Sequence record: OQ446694.1 | From: Escherichia phage Killian | Reading direction: 5' to 3' (one strand) | DNA: 64,000 nucleotides | Shown here: piece by piece, positions 1 to 8,839 of the stretch | How positions within the stretch are numbered: position 1 is the stretch's first letter | Layout: each line of letters starts with the position of its first letter | Notes under the pieces: model-generated | What the model saw: the letters and a program-made list of their open reading frames with translations, nothing else | Databases searched by the model: none | Told to the model about the DNA's origin: nothing | Program-made: the position numbers and the translations under genes

Positions 1-346
1 ACACAGATTGAACTAATACCATCCCAAAGAACCAAACAATATTATCAAACAGTGTCTGTTTTACGTCGAAAGGACGTAAACTTACAGTAATATTATCACC
101 TTTTTCTATTGAAGAATACATCTCTGGGGAAATATATTCACTAAATCTATAACCGTCTTTAAGTTCATATACGGCAATAAACGATAAACTAGACCCTTTT
201 CCTTGTGTTCCTGTAATGGTATTAACTACAGTAACATCATAATCTTTATAATGCATATAATCATTAATAGCATAATAACCGTATGCAACTACTACACATA
301 AACAACATATCAATAAATTCAATCTTTTAATTATCAACCGTTTCAT
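1..346 (-). CDS. Hypothetical protein, N-terminal part only (gene continues past the window start); hydrophobic signal-anchor-like N-terminus
   Basis: Minus-strand ATG at 346, open to position 1; translation begins MKRLIIKRLNLLICCLCVVVAYGYY; not in the supplied ORF track because it is truncated by the window edge. Confidence 0.4.
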   Translation of the reverse strand, partial: MKRLIIKRLNLLICCLCVVVAYGYYAINDYMHYKDYDVTVVNTITGTQGKGSSLSFIAVYELKDGYRFSEYISPEMYSSIEKGDNITVSLRPFDVKQTLFDNIVWFFGMVLVQSV

Positions 347-401
347 AATAATCTCAATTAAAAGGGCTTAGAACCATTATACCATCCTTGGTATAAAGCG
401 G

Positions 402-929
402 TTATGCGAGTACCGTCTTTAACCGTTCTTCAAACTTCCGAAGAGTATTTTGGCGTTCAGCTCTTTGCTTTTTGTAAGTTTCAATACGCTCTGAAATGAG
501 AGTGTATCGTTCATTTACTGATTCTTTCATAAAATCAGGAATTTCACGAGAAGCTTTAATCTCATCAAATTTATCAATAACAGCTTGCTCTTCAGCAATT
601 AAGTTATCATACATTAAAATATCTTTCTTGATGAACTCAATATCTTCTTGAGTTACACGAGATAATTTAGATGCTTTATCCTTTTTGTACTGTTCGTTAG
701 TATCACGAGACCAGTGTAATGTACGATTTTTATTCGTATTTTTGTAAATTTCTACAATACCAATCTCATCAATAATAACGATCCAATTCCAGCGGGATTT
801 GTAAATTTGTCCTCCATCAACTGTGATTTCACCTCCGATTGAGATGTCGTTAAAGAACTTGCTTTGTGCTTCAGATTTAAATTTACCATCATTGTAATTT
901 ACCAGGTTGAAAATATCTTTAGCGTTCAT
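402..929 (-). CDS. Hypothetical early protein (175 aa)
   Basis: ORF track; SD GGAGGAACAG upstream of ATG; early promoter cassette directly upstream. Confidence 0.6.
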   Translation of the reverse strand: MNAKDIFNLVNYNDGKFKSEAQSKFFNDISIGGEITVDGGQIYKSRWNWIVIIDEIGIVEIYKNTNKNRTLHWSRDTNEQYKKDKASKLSRVTQEDIEFIKKDILMYDNLIAEEQAVIDKFDEIKASREIPDFMKESVNERYTLISERIETYKKQRAERQNTLRKFEERLKTVLA

Positions 930-957
930 TTTCTGTTCCTCCGTAGTTGATAGTTGT

Positions 958-986
958 ATAGTACCACAGAGGAACAGTCTTGTAAA
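958..986 (-). promoter_or_regulatory. Sigma70-type phage early promoter (-35 TTTACA, 17-nt spacer, extended -10 TGGTACTAT)
   Basis: Minus strand reads GTTTACA-N17-TACTAT with TGn extension; same cassette recurs at least 9 more times upstream of minus-strand genes. Confidence 0.7.
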
Positions 987-989
987 CCA

Positions 990-1292
990 CTAAAAGAAAC
1001 TTCTTTCACAATTTTTTCCACTGAACCATGCGCTCACTGCTTTCTTAGTCTCAGGAGCAGTGTTATCCATAAACCATTCAAAGGCAGCCTTTTTATGATT
1101 CTGGAGGGCTTCTCGGGCTTTAATCTGCTCACGGTCTATTAACACTAACATATGAGCCTTTCTTGTCACCATGGGCTTCTTATGATTTTTTGAATACTCC
1201 CAGTCATTTGTCCATCGCATTGTCGTTGCGAATTGAAATACAGCTTCTTTAATCTTAGTTTCGTAAATTTCACGAGCCTTTGAGTATAACAT
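990..1292 (-). CDS. Hypothetical protein (~100 aa); start moved to second ATG which has a GGAGGT SD
   Basis: ORF track 990..1304; internal ATG at 1292 preceded by GGAGG. Confidence 0.5.
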   Translation of the reverse strand: MLYSKAREIYETKIKEAVFQFATTMRWTNDWEYSKNHKKPMVTRKAHMLVLIDREQIKAREALQNHKKAAFEWFMDNTAPETKKAVSAWFSGKNCERSFF

Positions 1293-1393
1293 CACTACCT
1301 CCATTCACCAGTTTAATTCTAGTCATCTTTTTAATGGCAGTCCATATAATCTATTTCTGAACTGCCTTTTTGTCATAGAAGTCCTCTTATGAA

Positions 1394-2362
1394 TTATTTC
1401 AGAAGAGTAACCTCAGCAATTTCTTCCCAACCGTTTTTGTCGGTCATAATAAAGTCAGCAAGATAAAGAGCAGTACGCAGTGAAACATTGCGTAAACGAT
1501 TAACATTAACTTTCATCCATGATAATGCTTTATAAGTTTCTTCATCAGAAAGACCGCGCTTTTGCATCATGTCAGTTGAAAGAATAACATCTTCAACCCT
1601 GACCATAATTTCTTCATTAGTATGAACACCCAAATCCAAATAAACTGAGCGGGACACTAATGCTTGTAAGTGTGGAGCAAGTTTAGTACCACGGTCTAAT
1701 TCGCGGTCAATGTCAACGTTTGTGATAAAAACAATCGTTCCTTTAAATTCAAACTCACGCTCAATGCCTTTTTCTTCTAAGTAAGAAGATGCAGTGCTCC
1801 AGCAGACTTTACGGGTTTCTCCGGTGTCCAGAGCGGCTTTTAGAAGATTAAGAATGTCCATATCAGAGAAAACATCCACATCATCAATCAAAAGGACAGA
1901 ATTCTCTTCACGATTATTCCAAAGCTGTTCATAAAGACCAATACCAGAGATTTTACCATTAATGCTTTTATATTCAATGTATCCAATATCATTTGCTTTA
2001 TTTAAAGCTTTATCTAAAGAATACGTTTTACCAATACCTGCTGCGCCAGAGATAATTAATGAACGAATATTTCCATTAATAATACCGTTCGTCATCATTC
2101 CCATAACATTAAATCTTTTATTAATGCGGGTTTTCATATCTTCATATGATTCTTTAACTTCTTCAACTTTTACACCATCATATGAAATATCTGATTTGTA
2201 AACCCAAACACCGCGACGTTTACCGTCAATTTCAACAAAAACTTTACCATCTCCTTGTGCATCTACCGGAGCATTATCTGGGAACCATTCGCCTAAGAGC
2301 TCAAAAGTTCCAGAGATTTCTTTACCGAAGTAGATACCCTTATTGATAGTTACAGTTTTCAT
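1394..2362 (-). CDS. P-loop NTPase / AAA-like ATPase (Walker A GAAGIGKT, Walker B VLLIDDVD)
   Basis: Motifs read directly in the translation; start placed at ATG 2362 (MKTVTINKG) with GGAGAA SD rather than the track start 2380, which has none. Confidence 0.7.
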   Translation of the reverse strand: MKTVTINKGIYFGKEISGTFELLGEWFPDNAPVDAQGDGKVFVEIDGKRRGVWVYKSDISYDGVKVEEVKESYEDMKTRINKRFNVMGMMTNGIINGNIRSLIISGAAGIGKTYSLDKALNKANDIGYIEYKSINGKISGIGLYEQLWNNREENSVLLIDDVDVFSDMDILNLLKAALDTGETRKVCWSTASSYLEEKGIEREFEFKGTIVFITNVDIDRELDRGTKLAPHLQALVSRSVYLDLGVHTNEEIMVRVEDVILSTDMMQKRGLSDEETYKALSWMKVNVNRLRNVSLRTALYLADFIMTDKNGWEEIAEVTLLK

Positions 2363-2398
2363 TTTATTCTCCAATTTCACATTTGTTTTGATAGGGTA

Positions 2399-2427
2399 AT
2401 AGTATCACACTACTACCCTACTGTAAA
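2399..2427 (-). promoter_or_regulatory. Sigma70-type phage early promoter cassette
   Basis: Minus strand GTTTACA-N17-TGATACTAT upstream of the ATPase gene. Confidence 0.65.
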
Positions 2428-2431
2428 CAAT

Positions 2432-2695
2432 TTATTTTAATGTTCGCCAAATTTTTACTGCTTCGCGACGAGATACTTCTACAGCTCCAAGTTCTACGGC
2501 TTTTTGGCGGCGGCGCGCGTGTAAGTCATAATGTTTAATGCGTTTATCTTGAAACCAAGAGCGTTTCATTCCTATTGCTTCTGCCATTTCATGAAGCTCT
2601 TCAATATCTCCATCAGTGAACATATGACAATTTTTAGTTGGATGACCGCGAAGTTTCCACCCATGATTCATTAAAACATCTACGTAAACTGTCAT
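2432..2695 (-). CDS. Small conserved hypothetical protein (87 aa), basic C-terminus
   Basis: ORF track; stop/start overlap with upstream gene. Confidence 0.55.
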   Translation of the reverse strand: MTVYVDVLMNHGWKLRGHPTKNCHMFTDGDIEELHEMAEAIGMKRSWFQDKRIKHYDLHARRRQKAVELGAVEVSRREAVKIWRTLK

Positions 2696-2841
2696 TGATT
2701 CTGCTCCAAATATGTTTCTATAATTTTCTGAGCGAGATAAACTGCGTTATCTTCAGTTGCATCTTCTAAGAAATTTTCAAAACAAGCTGAAATCTCTTCT
2801 GTGTCAATCAACTTTTTTACTTCAATTAACGTAGTTTTCAT
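2692..2841 (-). CDS. Small hypothetical acidic protein (49 aa)
   Basis: Track ORF 2692..2886 begins inside the promoter cassette (artefactual MVLYNYQL); true start taken as internal ATG at 2841. Confidence 0.4.
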   Translation of the reverse strand: MKTTLIEVKKLIDTEEISACFENFLEDATEDNAVYLAQKIIETYLEQNQ

Positions 2842-2876
2842 TTTATTCCCCCAAATCCACATCAGTTGATAGTTGT

Positions 2877-2905
2877 ATAGTACCATAAAGCTTTATGCTT
2901 GTAAA
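2877..2905 (-). promoter_or_regulatory. Sigma70-type phage early promoter cassette with A/T-rich upstream element
   Basis: Minus strand AAAGTTGTTTACA-N17-TGGTACTAT. Confidence 0.7.
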
Positions 2906-2928
2906 CAACTTTGTGACGTCATTTTAAA

Positions 2929-2955
2929 CAAAAAAAGGGAGCCCGAAGGCTCCCT
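2929..2955 (-). terminator. Rho-independent terminator (UUCG-loop hairpin GGGAGCC-UUCG-GGCUCCC followed by U7)
   Basis: Perfect 7-bp GC-rich stem with tetraloop and T-run on minus strand, immediately 3' of the nucleotidyltransferase gene. Confidence 0.8.
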
Positions 2956-2956
2956 A

Positions 2957-3970
2957 TCATTTATAATAACTTCGGTGGTTTTCAAGATATACCTCTTCAA
3001 CGAACTTGTCCCAGAACTTCATGTCTACCTTATCAGGCATACCGTTCTTAGCTGCCTGGATGGCTAGGACTTCAACCAAATCAACAGTATCTTCAAGAAG
3101 TTCTTGAACTTCTTTAAATGGTAATTCACCGGCTTTAATCAGCTTAATGATAGAGGCTTCGCGCAATGGGAACGCCAAATCACCTGTTTGGTAGATTTCC
3201 ATCAATTGATACCCTGCGCGATAAGCATGACTCAGAGCTTTCCAGTCAATACCTTCATTAGCTTCAGCCTTACGAGCACGTTCACCATATTCCGCATCGA
3301 GCTTATTCAGAGATTGCTTGAGCTCGATTAAAGACAAGGTGGTTTGGTACTTACGTCCAAGAACAGTATAGAACGTTTGAGGACCTGTTTTCTCGTGGTT
3401 ATGGAATACCCATTCACAGAACTCGTTTTCAGGAAGCCGATGTTTAATATCTACAATTTTAGTACGACGTTGTCCTTGTGTTCCATCTTCTCGGTAATCA
3501 ACCCACTGGTCAGGAATTTGATTAACTACTTTCAATACATCACGTAATGCGGCCAAACGAGAACCCTTAACACCATATTTAGAAGCTTGCTTGCGGACAT
3601 ATCCTAAATAGGATTTCATGTTAGTCGTATAAAACCGTGAACGATTGTCTTGAATAAACTTCCATACATCAGGCAAATCAGATTTAACTACTAGTTCAGG
3701 TGGAGTGTGGAGCATATCCAATGCTACAGTTTCACCATCTGCTGCTAATTTAAAGAAATATTTAAGACTGTATAGTTCATGGTCAATATCATCTTTAGTG
3801 TTTTTAGATGATGTGTTGTTAGTGTTTTTACTCATATGCTCTTTAACATTTCCGATAAGAATATCGCGAGCAGGAGGAACAAAGATTTCTTTAAAATCTA
3901 CATCAGATTCTGGAGTAGAAGTTCCATAAAGATGACTACCAAAATAGCTTTTCATTACTGTTTTCATCAT
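2957..3970 (-). CDS. Nucleotidyltransferase-fold protein (pol-beta-type GS...DxD signature)
   Basis: N-terminal YFGSHLYGTSTPESDVDFK matches the G-S-x(n)-D-x-D minimal nucleotidyltransferase signature; 337 aa. Confidence 0.65.
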   Translation of the reverse strand: MMKTVMKSYFGSHLYGTSTPESDVDFKEIFVPPARDILIGNVKEHMSKNTNNTSSKNTKDDIDHELYSLKYFFKLAADGETVALDMLHTPPELVVKSDLPDVWKFIQDNRSRFYTTNMKSYLGYVRKQASKYGVKGSRLAALRDVLKVVNQIPDQWVDYREDGTQGQRRTKIVDIKHRLPENEFCEWVFHNHEKTGPQTFYTVLGRKYQTTLSLIELKQSLNKLDAEYGERARKAEANEGIDWKALSHAYRAGYQLMEIYQTGDLAFPLREASIIKLIKAGELPFKEVQELLEDTVDLVEVLAIQAAKNGMPDKVDMKFWDKFVEEVYLENHRSYYK

Positions 3971-4440
3971 TCAGCCTTATATTCAATAACAGGACATACT
4001 TTAGCTTTACGAGCTTTTAAAAATTCGACGATAATAGATTTCTTGGGTTGAATAGGAGGTAAACCTTTATACGCCCTATCAATATTTTCTACATGTAAAG
4101 CATAATCCTTTTTCCATTTATAATCTTTATATTTTTCATGCAATTGTGCAGGAATAACAAATGAACCGATAATAAGTAAAACAAGCAAAATGGCAAGTAT
4201 AAATGCTGCTGGAATAAGAGTCCATAAACTACCAAAAATAAGCCATTTCTGTATGATTTCTGCACAGATGATAGTTAGACCTGCGAGTATAGTACATCCG
4301 AAAAAAGAAACGAAAAATGTAGGAATAACAATAGACCAAAAATACGCGCATAGTGTCTTAGGCCGTTTCCATTCATCATTAAACATTTTGAATAATTTAT
4401 AGTGCCAAGAGCTTTCATTAATAATCATAATTATAATCAT
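3967..4440 (-). CDS. Integral membrane protein (157 aa, 2-3 predicted TM helices)
   Basis: Long hydrophobic stretches (FWSIVIPTFFVSFFGCTILAGLTIICA; LIPAAFILAILLVLLIIGSFVIPA). Confidence 0.55.
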   Translation of the reverse strand: MIIIMIINESSWHYKLFKMFNDEWKRPKTLCAYFWSIVIPTFFVSFFGCTILAGLTIICAEIIQKWLIFGSLWTLIPAAFILAILLVLLIIGSFVIPAQLHEKYKDYKWKKDYALHVENIDRAYKGLPPIQPKKSIIVEFLKARKAKVCPVIEYKAE

Positions 4441-4958
4441 CCTTTCATTGAAGGTGTAACAGTTGTTAAATACTTAATCATAGCTTCAGCTTCTGATTTT
4501 GATAATGAAATTTCTCCATTGTTTTGACGAATAGAAATAAAATCTGGATGACGGTCACCACCAGCTTTCAAAACACACATATAAGTATCAGTTTCATCTT
4601 CAATATTTGAAATGATTGAAGCAGTTCCACATGAATGCGGTTTTTGATAAATCAATACGGCTTTTCTTCCACCGTTTGACTGTTCATAAACTTTTAACAC
4701 ATCAAACAAATCACTTCTTTTATCAATAGCTAAGATGTTGTTTTCATCTTCAATGTTAAATCCTTCGGATACTTCATAAAGTGTCACCCATAAATCACCT
4801 ATATCGATAGTAGCATTTTCCTTTCCATGACTTTCAAGAGTATGACAAATTTTCTTGATTTCGTCATAACTCATTTTAATAATATCATCTCCTTGAATAA
4901 GGAAGATGTCATTTTTAAATTCAACACGAATTAAACCACTTTCACTTGAAATAAACAT
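4437..4958 (-). CDS. Hypothetical protein (173 aa), paralog of the adjacent gene
   Basis: C-terminus SKSEAEAMIKYLTTVTPSMKG resembles C-terminus of 4965..5522. Confidence 0.55.
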   Translation of the reverse strand: MFISSESGLIRVEFKNDIFLIQGDDIIKMSYDEIKKICHTLESHGKENATIDIGDLWVTLYEVSEGFNIEDENNILAIDKRSDLFDVLKVYEQSNGGRKAVLIYQKPHSCGTASIISNIEDETDTYMCVLKAGGDRHPDFISIRQNNGEISLSKSEAEAMIKYLTTVTPSMKG

Positions 4959-4964
4959 ATTTCC

Positions 4965-5522
4965 TCACTTTGAAATCATAGTTGGAATGACAGAATCAAG
5001 ATAAGTCTTTAGCGCAATAGCTTCGTCTTTGGTAAATGTGACAATATGTGATCGAAAATCGTCAATTTGACGAATAGTTAAGACATCTCCCTCTTCATAA
5101 CATTTTGATACATTTAAAACAGTTTCATAATTTTGATTACAAGCGTTAGTAATAATAGCATTGCAATTTTTAAACCATTTTAAACTATGTTTTCTTTCAT
5201 TAGAATAATAAAAATATTTAATCTTATCTATAAAACTATCCCAATGGATAACTGATAAACACATTGACTCACTTTTAATATTAAATCCTGGGCATAAAGA
5301 ATAAAAATGAATTTTATGCTCATCATTAATGCTTACAATTTTATCAGTGTAAGGTTTTTCAATTTGGGTTAAATGAATAATTTCGCTAGGCGTAAAATAT
5401 AGCATATCGTCTTCTTGCGTCAAACGATACATATTATTTACTTTTTCTATAGCCAATTCACCAAAAAGTGAACTAACTTCTAGTACTAATCGTTTCATAT
5501 TGATTCTCTTCGACTCACTCAC
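4965..5522 (-). CDS. Hypothetical protein (185 aa), paralog of the adjacent gene; probable GTG start
   Basis: C-terminus TKDEAIALKTYLDSVIPTMISK; AAGGAG SD 9 nt upstream of GTG at 5522. Confidence 0.5.
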   Translation of the reverse strand: MSESKRINMKRLVLEVSSLFGELAIEKVNNMYRLTQEDDMLYFTPSEIIHLTQIEKPYTDKIVSINDEHKIHFYSLCPGFNIKSESMCLSVIHWDSFIDKIKYFYYSNERKHSLKWFKNCNAIITNACNQNYETVLNVSKCYEEGDVLTIRQIDDFRSHIVTFTKDEAIALKTYLDSVIPTMISK

Positions 5523-5657
5523 AATTACATACTCCTTTGAATAATATCAATAATGTTGTTTACCAGATTATAAGTAAACATTGGGTAATTATATTGAATC
5601 ATCACATACACAACAAACAAAACTTTCATTCTCTTCTCCTTGGCAGTTGACAAGATT

Positions 5658-5686
5658 ACTATACCATAACCTTGCCAACTTGTAAA
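5658..5686 (-). promoter_or_regulatory. Sigma70-type phage early promoter (GTTTACA-N17-TGGTATAGT)
   Basis: Cassette variant on minus strand. Confidence 0.6.
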
Positions 5687-5852
5687 CCATTAAATGACGT
5701 TTTCAATAAAATTCTGAAGCTTTGTGTGAGCATCAACCATGATTTTCATTTCTTCCTTTGCAAAAGCTGTACCTCTTTCACGAGAAGAATACTCATAGTC
5801 AGAAACTGCATTAGCGTATTCTTCAATTAGCTTCATTAAAAACATCTGCTTT

Positions 5853-6047
5853 TCAGTTTTCATTATTCCACCTAATCATTTCAAGATATTGAACTAACTT
5901 AGCTTTGGATTTATCCAAATCCTTTTTAGCTGCTTCTATACCATCGTATGAATATCCTTCACAATGCTCAACTGCCAATTGGTATGAATCTATTTCAATA
6001 TCACGTGCTAATTTAATGATTTTTTCAAACTGTTCACGTGTTAGCAT
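5853..6047 (-). CDS. Small hypothetical protein (64 aa)
   Basis: ORF track. Confidence 0.45.
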   Translation of the reverse strand: MLTREQFEKIIKLARDIEIDSYQLAVEHCEGYSYDGIEAAKKDLDKSKAKLVQYLEMIRWNNEN

Positions 6048-6049
6048 AC

Positions 6050-6253
6050 TTAAACTCTCGTATTATGATCGATAATTTCATCAAGAAACATATCTAAAGC
6101 TTCTACAGCATTATCAACTTTAGCTTCAAGTTCTTCAGCGCCTTTATTTGCAATGCCTGCCGAAAACCAAGCAAAGTCACTAAGTTCCTCATCTGCTTTG
6201 CGAATTAAAGCTACCAATTCTTTAATTTTATCTGCTTGTTCGATACTAATCAT
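6050..6253 (-). CDS. Small hypothetical acidic protein (67 aa)
   Basis: Start moved to internal ATG that overlaps the upstream stop (TAATG-type coupling). Confidence 0.45.
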   Translation of the reverse strand: MISIEQADKIKELVALIRKADEELSDFAWFSAGIANKGAEELEAKVDNAVEALDMFLDEIIDHNTRV

Positions 6254-6441
6254 TATTCCACCACATATGAAAGAGAGAATATTGCACACGCCATATGAGT
6301 TGCAGCTTCATCACACATATCATAACGTTTCTTAAGAAGTTCTACAAGTTCTTCACTTGTAACTTCATCCATGTCGACGAAAAAATCACCATTAATGATG
6401 ACGTAAATATTTCCTTCTTGATTAAGTGCTTCAATTTTCAT
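6253..6441 (-). CDS. Small hypothetical acidic protein (62 aa)
   Basis: Track start lies inside the promoter cassette; true start ATG at 6441 with GGAGAA SD. Confidence 0.45.
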   Translation of the reverse strand: MKIEALNQEGNIYVIINGDFFVDMDEVTSEELVELLKKRYDMCDEAATHMACAIFSLSYVVE

Positions 6442-6469
6442 GATGTTCTCCTCTTTATCCGATGGTTGT

Positions 6470-6498
6470 ATAGTATCACAACTCAAATGGAAAGTAAA
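6470..6498 (-). promoter_or_regulatory. Sigma70-type phage early promoter cassette
   Basis: Minus strand TTTACT-N17-TGATACTAT. Confidence 0.6.
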
Positions 6499-6507
6499 CC
6501 GGTAAAA

Positions 6508-6531
6508 TGAAAAAAGTCTCCCGAAGGAGAC
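6508..6531 (-). terminator. Rho-independent terminator (GUCUCC-UUCG-GGAGAC hairpin plus U-run)
   Basis: Hairpin and T-run on minus strand 3' of rI.-1. Confidence 0.75.
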
Positions 6532-6536
6532 TAATG

Positions 6537-6923
6537 TTATTCGAGGGAAAGAAGATATTTGCTCTGGTAAAACATTCCAGTAATATCATCTATCGTGCTT
6601 TGAATGGCTGGAGGCATTTCTTTATAAATGCTGTTAGATTGGTCTAGTATGCGATCAATCATTTTAATTGTGTCGGTAGGAAGTTTACTAGCATCTGGAA
6701 TTGAAGGTGTGTATTTTCTACCAGAATACCCCAAATATTGCTCGCCAAATTTATCAATCAAATCTGGCAACTCAGAGAAAATAAAATCGTATGCCTTGTG
6801 TCTAACATAACTTTTAGTTTCAAAATGCGCAGAATGAAAATAAGCTTGTGCAGCCATTAATAAACCTAAGTATTCATCTGCCTTTGAAGGTTTTCCACTT
6901 TGTGAAAAGTCGCTGAATTTCAT
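6537..6923 (-). CDS. rI.-1-position conserved hypothetical protein (128 aa)
   Basis: Position immediately downstream of rI; size as I recall for T4 rI.-1. Confidence 0.6.
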   Translation of the reverse strand: MKFSDFSQSGKPSKADEYLGLLMAAQAYFHSAHFETKSYVRHKAYDFIFSELPDLIDKFGEQYLGYSGRKYTPSIPDASKLPTDTIKMIDRILDQSNSIYKEMPPAIQSTIDDITGMFYQSKYLLSLE

Positions 6924-7213
6924 TCAGTCTCCAATTTAATGTTCATAATTCTAGCGTATGATTGTGCCATCTCCGCGCCTCGTTCTATACATTCAAAATC
7001 GGAAGAGCACGGGTCATTTTTATAGGTCGTTCGCATAAAACTATAGAACTGTTCAGATGATTCTACGCTTTTATTTTCAAAAAGCATATAAACATGTCTA
7101 ATACCAGATTCCATAAATTTATCAAAATGAGGATCGACATTCGCTTCAATCGGTGGAGATAAAGCAAATGCTAATCCTAGCATGGCAAATAATGCCGTTG
7201 CTTTTAAGGCCAT
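6920..7213 (-). CDS. rI: Lysis-inhibition antiholin RI
   Basis: 97-aa protein MALKATALFAMLGLAFALSPPIEANVDPHFDKFMESGIRHVYM... near-identical to T4 RI; N-terminal signal-anchor. Confidence 0.92.
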   Translation of the reverse strand: MALKATALFAMLGLAFALSPPIEANVDPHFDKFMESGIRHVYMLFENKSVESSEQFYSFMRTTYKNDPCSSDFECIERGAEMAQSYARIMNIKLETE

Positions 7214-7225
7214 AAAGGCCTCCTA

Positions 7226-7438
7226 TCATTTTTGTCCTGTATTTACTTTATGCCGATGCACGGCCTTAACTTTATCAAGGTATTTTTCAAAATTTCGCAA
7301 TCTAGTATAGTCTGCCGGAGATTGGTTGAGTGATACTTCTCGACGCAAAGCTGAAATGATATTTCCAACTTCCCTACGAATTTCATCTAATTGAAGAACA
7401 GTAAGATTGCGAAGTTGCTTTTCAGTTAATTGTAGCAT
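7226..7438 (-). CDS. rI.1-position small protein (70 aa)
   Basis: ORF track; location between tk and rI. Confidence 0.55.
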
Positions 7439-7480
7439 ATATACCCCTTTAGTTAGATAAACCTATTTATAACTTTTGCA

Positions 7481-8062
7481 CTAACCGAGCTTTTTAGTTA
7501 ATTCATTCCAATGTTTTCTGCACAAAGAAACATAAATTTCATCACCAATACAGATTTGATTACCTTCTTTAACTGGTGTTCCATCTTCCATTAATCGAGC
7601 CGTCATAATCGCTTTTTTACCGCAATGACAAACTGCCTTTAGTTCAATAAGTTTATCTGCAATCGCCAAAAGTTCTTTAGAACCTTCAAATAATTTTCCG
7701 GCGAAATCAGTCCTTAGACCATAAGCCATAACAGGAACATTATATGTATCAACAATTCGACTTAATTGATGCACCTGTCCAGTTTTTAAAAACTGGGCTT
7801 CATCTACAAATACACAATGAATATCTTTTTGTGCTTCAGCCCATTTATAGAACTCAAAAATATCCATATCATCCGTAATAATATTCGCTTCCTGCTTAAT
7901 TCCAATACGAGAAACGACTTCACAGACAGAATCGCGAGTATCAATAGCAGGCTTAAGAACTAATACACCCATTCCACGTTCTTTATAATTATGCGCAGCA
8001 GTCAAAAGAGAAGCAGATTTTCCAGCATTCATTGCTGCATAAGTAAAAATTAAACTCGCCAT
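7481..8062 (-). CDS. tk: Thymidine kinase
   Basis: 193 aa; P-loop AMNAGKS, CxxC...CxxC zinc ribbon near C-terminus; matches T4 Tk. Confidence 0.92.
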   Translation of the reverse strand: MASLIFTYAAMNAGKSASLLTAAHNYKERGMGVLVLKPAIDTRDSVCEVVSRIGIKQEANIITDDMDIFEFYKWAEAQKDIHCVFVDEAQFLKTGQVHQLSRIVDTYNVPVMAYGLRTDFAGKLFEGSKELLAIADKLIELKAVCHCGKKAIMTARLMEDGTPVKEGNQICIGDEIYVSLCRKHWNELTKKLG

Positions 8063-8071
8063 ATCACCTTC

Positions 8072-8257
8072 TTAAAGCGTATTCACATAAGCTATTAATT
8101 CGTTTTCTTTCTTATCAAACCGATCAGCAAATTCTTCTTGTTGATCGGGAGATAGCGGGCCGTATTCATCATAAAAGGTGTTTGCTTCTGTATGCTCATC
8201 TAGAAGTTCATGGATAAGCTCAAACAATTTATCTTTTTGTTCTTTACTCAGACTCAT
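8072..8257 (-). CDS. Small acidic hypothetical protein (61 aa), tk.1 position
   Basis: ORF track. Confidence 0.5.
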   Translation of the reverse strand: MSLSKEQKDKLFELIHELLDEHTEANTFYDEYGPLSPDQQEEFADRFDKKENELIAYVNTL

Positions 8258-8427
8258 ATATTAATTTCCAGGAGTTTTAAAATAATTCGCTTTTGCTTAA
8301 ATATTTCCATAGTTAAATGACCAGTATCTTTTTGACCGATTCCAATGGCAAAACCTTTATTGACAGCGAGTTCAATTAAATTATCAAGCTCACGTAACAC
8401 TTCATATTGTAACTCAAAACTATTCAT
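8254..8427 (-). CDS. Small hypothetical protein (~57 aa), not in ORF track
   Basis: ATG at 8427, stop overlapping the start of 8072..8257 (ATGA coupling); below the track length cutoff. Confidence 0.35.
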   Translation of the reverse strand: MNSFELQYEVLRELDNLIELAVNKGFAIGIGQKDTGHLTMEIFKQKRIILKLLEINI

Positions 8428-8651
8428 TTCGGTTTACCTTCTTTAACGAAATCGGGATAAGGATAAAATCCTGAATAAAATCCTTCACCTTTATGATTGA
8501 TGCATCCTTTATTAGAACAATAGCACCAATAATCGAAATCACAAGCCATTTCATCATTACATAAAGCAAAAACAACTGGCCATTCACACTTTTCGCAGTG
8601 GGCATTTTTAAGAATACTTGTTTGGCTCATAACCATGTAACCTTTAAACAA
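8424..8651 (-). CDS. Small cysteine-rich protein (75 aa), possible zinc binder
   Basis: 12 Cys/His in CEKCEWPVVFALCNDEMACDFDYWCYCSNKGCINH. Confidence 0.45.
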   Translation of the reverse strand: MFKGYMVMSQTSILKNAHCEKCEWPVVFALCNDEMACDFDYWCYCSNKGCINHKGEGFYSGFYPYPDFVKEGKPK

Positions 8652-8839
8652 TATTCTTCTACGTGTTGTTTACGACCTTTCTTATCAATAAAGTTATATT
8701 CAACGAATGTTCCAATATAGTCTTTATCTACACCATGTGGACTATTAATTGGGCATTTAGTACGGCAAATGCGTTCCCATTGACGAATAATTTCCACTTT
8801 GTTTTTAGGATCAAACGGATGCGGGTAATGTACTTTCAT
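8627..8839 (-). CDS. Small hypothetical protein (70 aa)
   Basis: ORF track. Confidence 0.45.
   Translation of the reverse strand: MKVHYPHPFDPKNKVEIIRQWERICRTKCPINSPHGVDKDYIGTFVEYNFIDKKGRKQHVEEYCLKVTWL

Noticed and set aside
5523-5629. 34-codon hydrophobic minus-strand ORF (MKVLFVVYVMIQYNYPMFTYNLVNNIIDIIQRSM) immediately downstream of the early promoter at 5658..5686
   Set aside because: Too short and without a convincing SD; it may be a leader peptide or chance ORF. Not annotated as a feature.
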